A stretch of 63,505 bases of DNA, counting the filler, from Jimgerdemannia flammicorona (lineage: Eukaryota), in NCBI GenBank assembly GCA_003990765.1. It is 3 parts of 3 records of this genome, joined end to end, with 100 filler letters (N's around TTAATTAATTAA, not from the genome) between each part and the next. Parts side by side here need not be neighbours in the genome. Positions count along the whole stretch, not along the records: positions 42,405 to 63,505 come from RBNJ01001533.1; 2 more parts are not named here. One strand, written 5' to 3'. A model generated the notes under the pieces. That model did not search any database and was not told the origin of the DNA. It worked only from the letters and a program-made list of their open reading frames with translations. Within the stretch, counting starts at the first letter, position 1. Every line of letters starts with the position of its first letter. The position numbers were made by a program, and so were the translations under genes. Below, piece by piece: positions 61,699 to 63,505 of the stretch.

Positions 61699-61864
61699 AT
61701 CGGAATGTGATTCGTAATATCGATTTTGCTGAGGGATTATATAGACAAAGACAAGGCAGGGAAGTCAACAATTCAGTTCAGGGGTATTGACCTGATCCGA
61801 AGATTTTTCTTCGCCTGTTGGCAACTTCGCAGACCACGCAGATCGAGTGTTTGTACGCGATTGT

Positions 61865-61921
<57 letters not shown>

Positions 61922-62058
61922 TTATATATATATACTTAGATACATTTTCTAGAATATTCCGTTAATGTAATGACAAATATGCATTGCTAACTTTACGGTG
62001 CAGGTGTTCGGATTTCGGTTTGAGGTGATTTTTGCCATTCGTAATAATTACATTTATG

Positions 62059-63063
62059 TTAACAATTAATTTGTCGATCCATTGTGGTATCAAACGTTGG
62101 TGGTTTCACGTTAGGATCCCTAATGAGACCCTTTTCAGTAAGACATTCATGAAGCCTACTAAAATACTCTAAGTTGAATTTTTTCAGCTTGTTAAAAGAA
62201 AGGCTACGGACATTCCATAAATTCACGTTCGCACCCAAAATTTGGTAGATATAGGAAACCTTCGACGCAAAACCTCTTGTGTTTGTAAGGAGAACTTTTG
62301 CCTTTTTCAGAGTAATTGTATTCATAGATGGCGAGGGCATCAATAAAATGTTGTCCTGGATCGCAAGATGCAATGCTCGTAGCGAAATGTTGTTGGAACT
62401 CCTCAACTCAGAGTAGTGATACCAGAAATGGTAGTACGCAGTTGCAATGTTGGGATAATCACCCTTTGGGAGAATGCAAACTATATTTTGCAAAGCTTTC
62501 ACTGTAGCCTTCATATGGTGTCCAAACGGATCGCCATTGGTAGGATGGAACTTCTCCGGAATTTTCAATTGATAGCCTCCAACGCCATTTAACATTGTTT
62601 CAATGGCATTCAGTACTTCCGTAAACAATGACTTTTGCTTACCACCGTAAGCTGACGACCTGTCAATGGTACAAGATTGTTCAATCTCATCACACGACAT
62701 TTCCATTGGACTGAGGCTTCTTTCCTGGCTTTCATCACCAGCGAGGCTCCCAGGACTGTAACTTCGTTCCTCGCTACCAACGGCAAGCCTTCCCCCCTCT
62801 CCCAGAAAATCTTTCCACCTCCACGATACGTCGTCGACAGGTGCCTTCATGAACCTCGGGTATCCGCGAGTAGTCCGGACTACATTGAAGAAAGGACCAT
62901 CGTCAAAGGCAACTTGGAAATTGCAGCCGCGCATTTCCAACCTCACTCGCTCGCGGCCTATCTCCTCCAGCAGCCTTATCACTGATGTAATGTTTCGTGT
63001 AATAGCAACAGAAAAATCGACATCTGGGGATCCTGTGGATTGCATTTCAGTAGTGGATTGCAT
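62059..63063 (-). CDS. Intronless hypothetical protein (334 aa)
   Basis: Long open ORF with a Ser/Glu-rich middle; no family recognised with confidence. Confidence 0.65.
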   Translation of the reverse strand: MQSTTEMQSTGSPDVDFSVAITRNITSVIRLLEEIGRERVRLEMRGCNFQVAFDDGPFFNVVRTTRGYPRFMKAPVDDVSWRWKDFLGEGGRLAVGSEERSYSPGSLAGDESQERSLSPMEMSCDEIEQSCTIDRSSAYGGKQKSLFTEVLNAIETMLNGVGGYQLKIPEKFHPTNGDPFGHHMKATVKALQNIVCILPKGDYPNIATAYYHFWYHYSELRSSNNISLRALHLAIQDNILLMPSPSMNTITLKKAKVLLTNTRGFASKVSYIYQILGANVNLWNVRSLSFNKLKKFNLEYFSRLHECLTEKGLIRDPNVKPPTFDTTMDRQINC

Positions 63064-63390
63064 TATTAAAATTAATCCGCAATATGGTCATCATATAATT
63101 AATGACAGACATGGATTTATAATTCATATGCAGAAGCTGACAAACAAGATTCAGGAGTTGGAATACACGCCAATCGGAAGAATATGCTATGCTAACATCA
63201 CGAATACGACAAGCATAGAAAATAGCTGACAAATTGTGTTTTAAATCTAAACCTAATTCGCCTTTCAAGTTTTGATTTGCAACACAGCCTGACGATAATA
63301 ATAAAATACACCTCTCTATTTGAGGGATCTTCTATCAATTGACGCGTGCTCAATCCGATAAATAAGGTAGTGGATCGCGGAGAAGCGAGG

Positions 63391-63427
63391 TCAAGCGGAA
63401 TCAAGCGGAATCAAGCGGAATCAAGCG
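63391..63427. repeat. 10-bp tandem repeat TCAAGCGGAA x3.7
   Basis: Directly visible. Confidence 0.9.
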
Positions 63428-63505
63428 TAGTCCGTAGTCGTGGAATCAAACGATCAACAAATCAACAAGGTAAGGATTATTTCAACAAGATTATTCTTTT
63501 TTTTT

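Noticed and set aside
48179..63505. Firm call as giant virus, Polinton or Starship
   Set aside because: No hallmark gene (capsid, PolB, packaging ATPase, integrase, DUF3435 recombinase) is visible; kept only as a hypothesis.

Overview
Eukaryotic DNA with spliceosomal introns; the gene content looks fungal, possibly Mucoromycota (inference). The window is not one locus. It is three contigs of near-identical length (1-21103, 21204-42304, 42405-63505) joined by artificial N/TTAATTAATTAA linkers. Contig 1 holds hypermutated relics of a hAT transposon and a Fanzor/TnpB gene, a small 5-exon gene, an intronless sacsin/NOV-like ATPase-DUF3883 gene and a multi-exon malic enzyme. Contig 2 holds a transposon nest (two L1-clade LINEs, four copies of a ~1.2 kb poly(A) retroposon, two hAT MITEs with TSDs) and a secreted S8 subtilisin. 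Contig 3 holds an L1 5' end, an array of 20-bp palindromes, an orphan 14-exon CCHC gene, and a gene-dense cassette present in two diverged copies. The cassette encodes F-box/LRR-like and Skp1/BTB-like ORFs, an HSF pseudogene and small orphans. It is the best candidate here for an undescribed mobile or virus-like element carrying a ubiquitin-ligase module. All domain calls are motif recognition by eye, not database hits.
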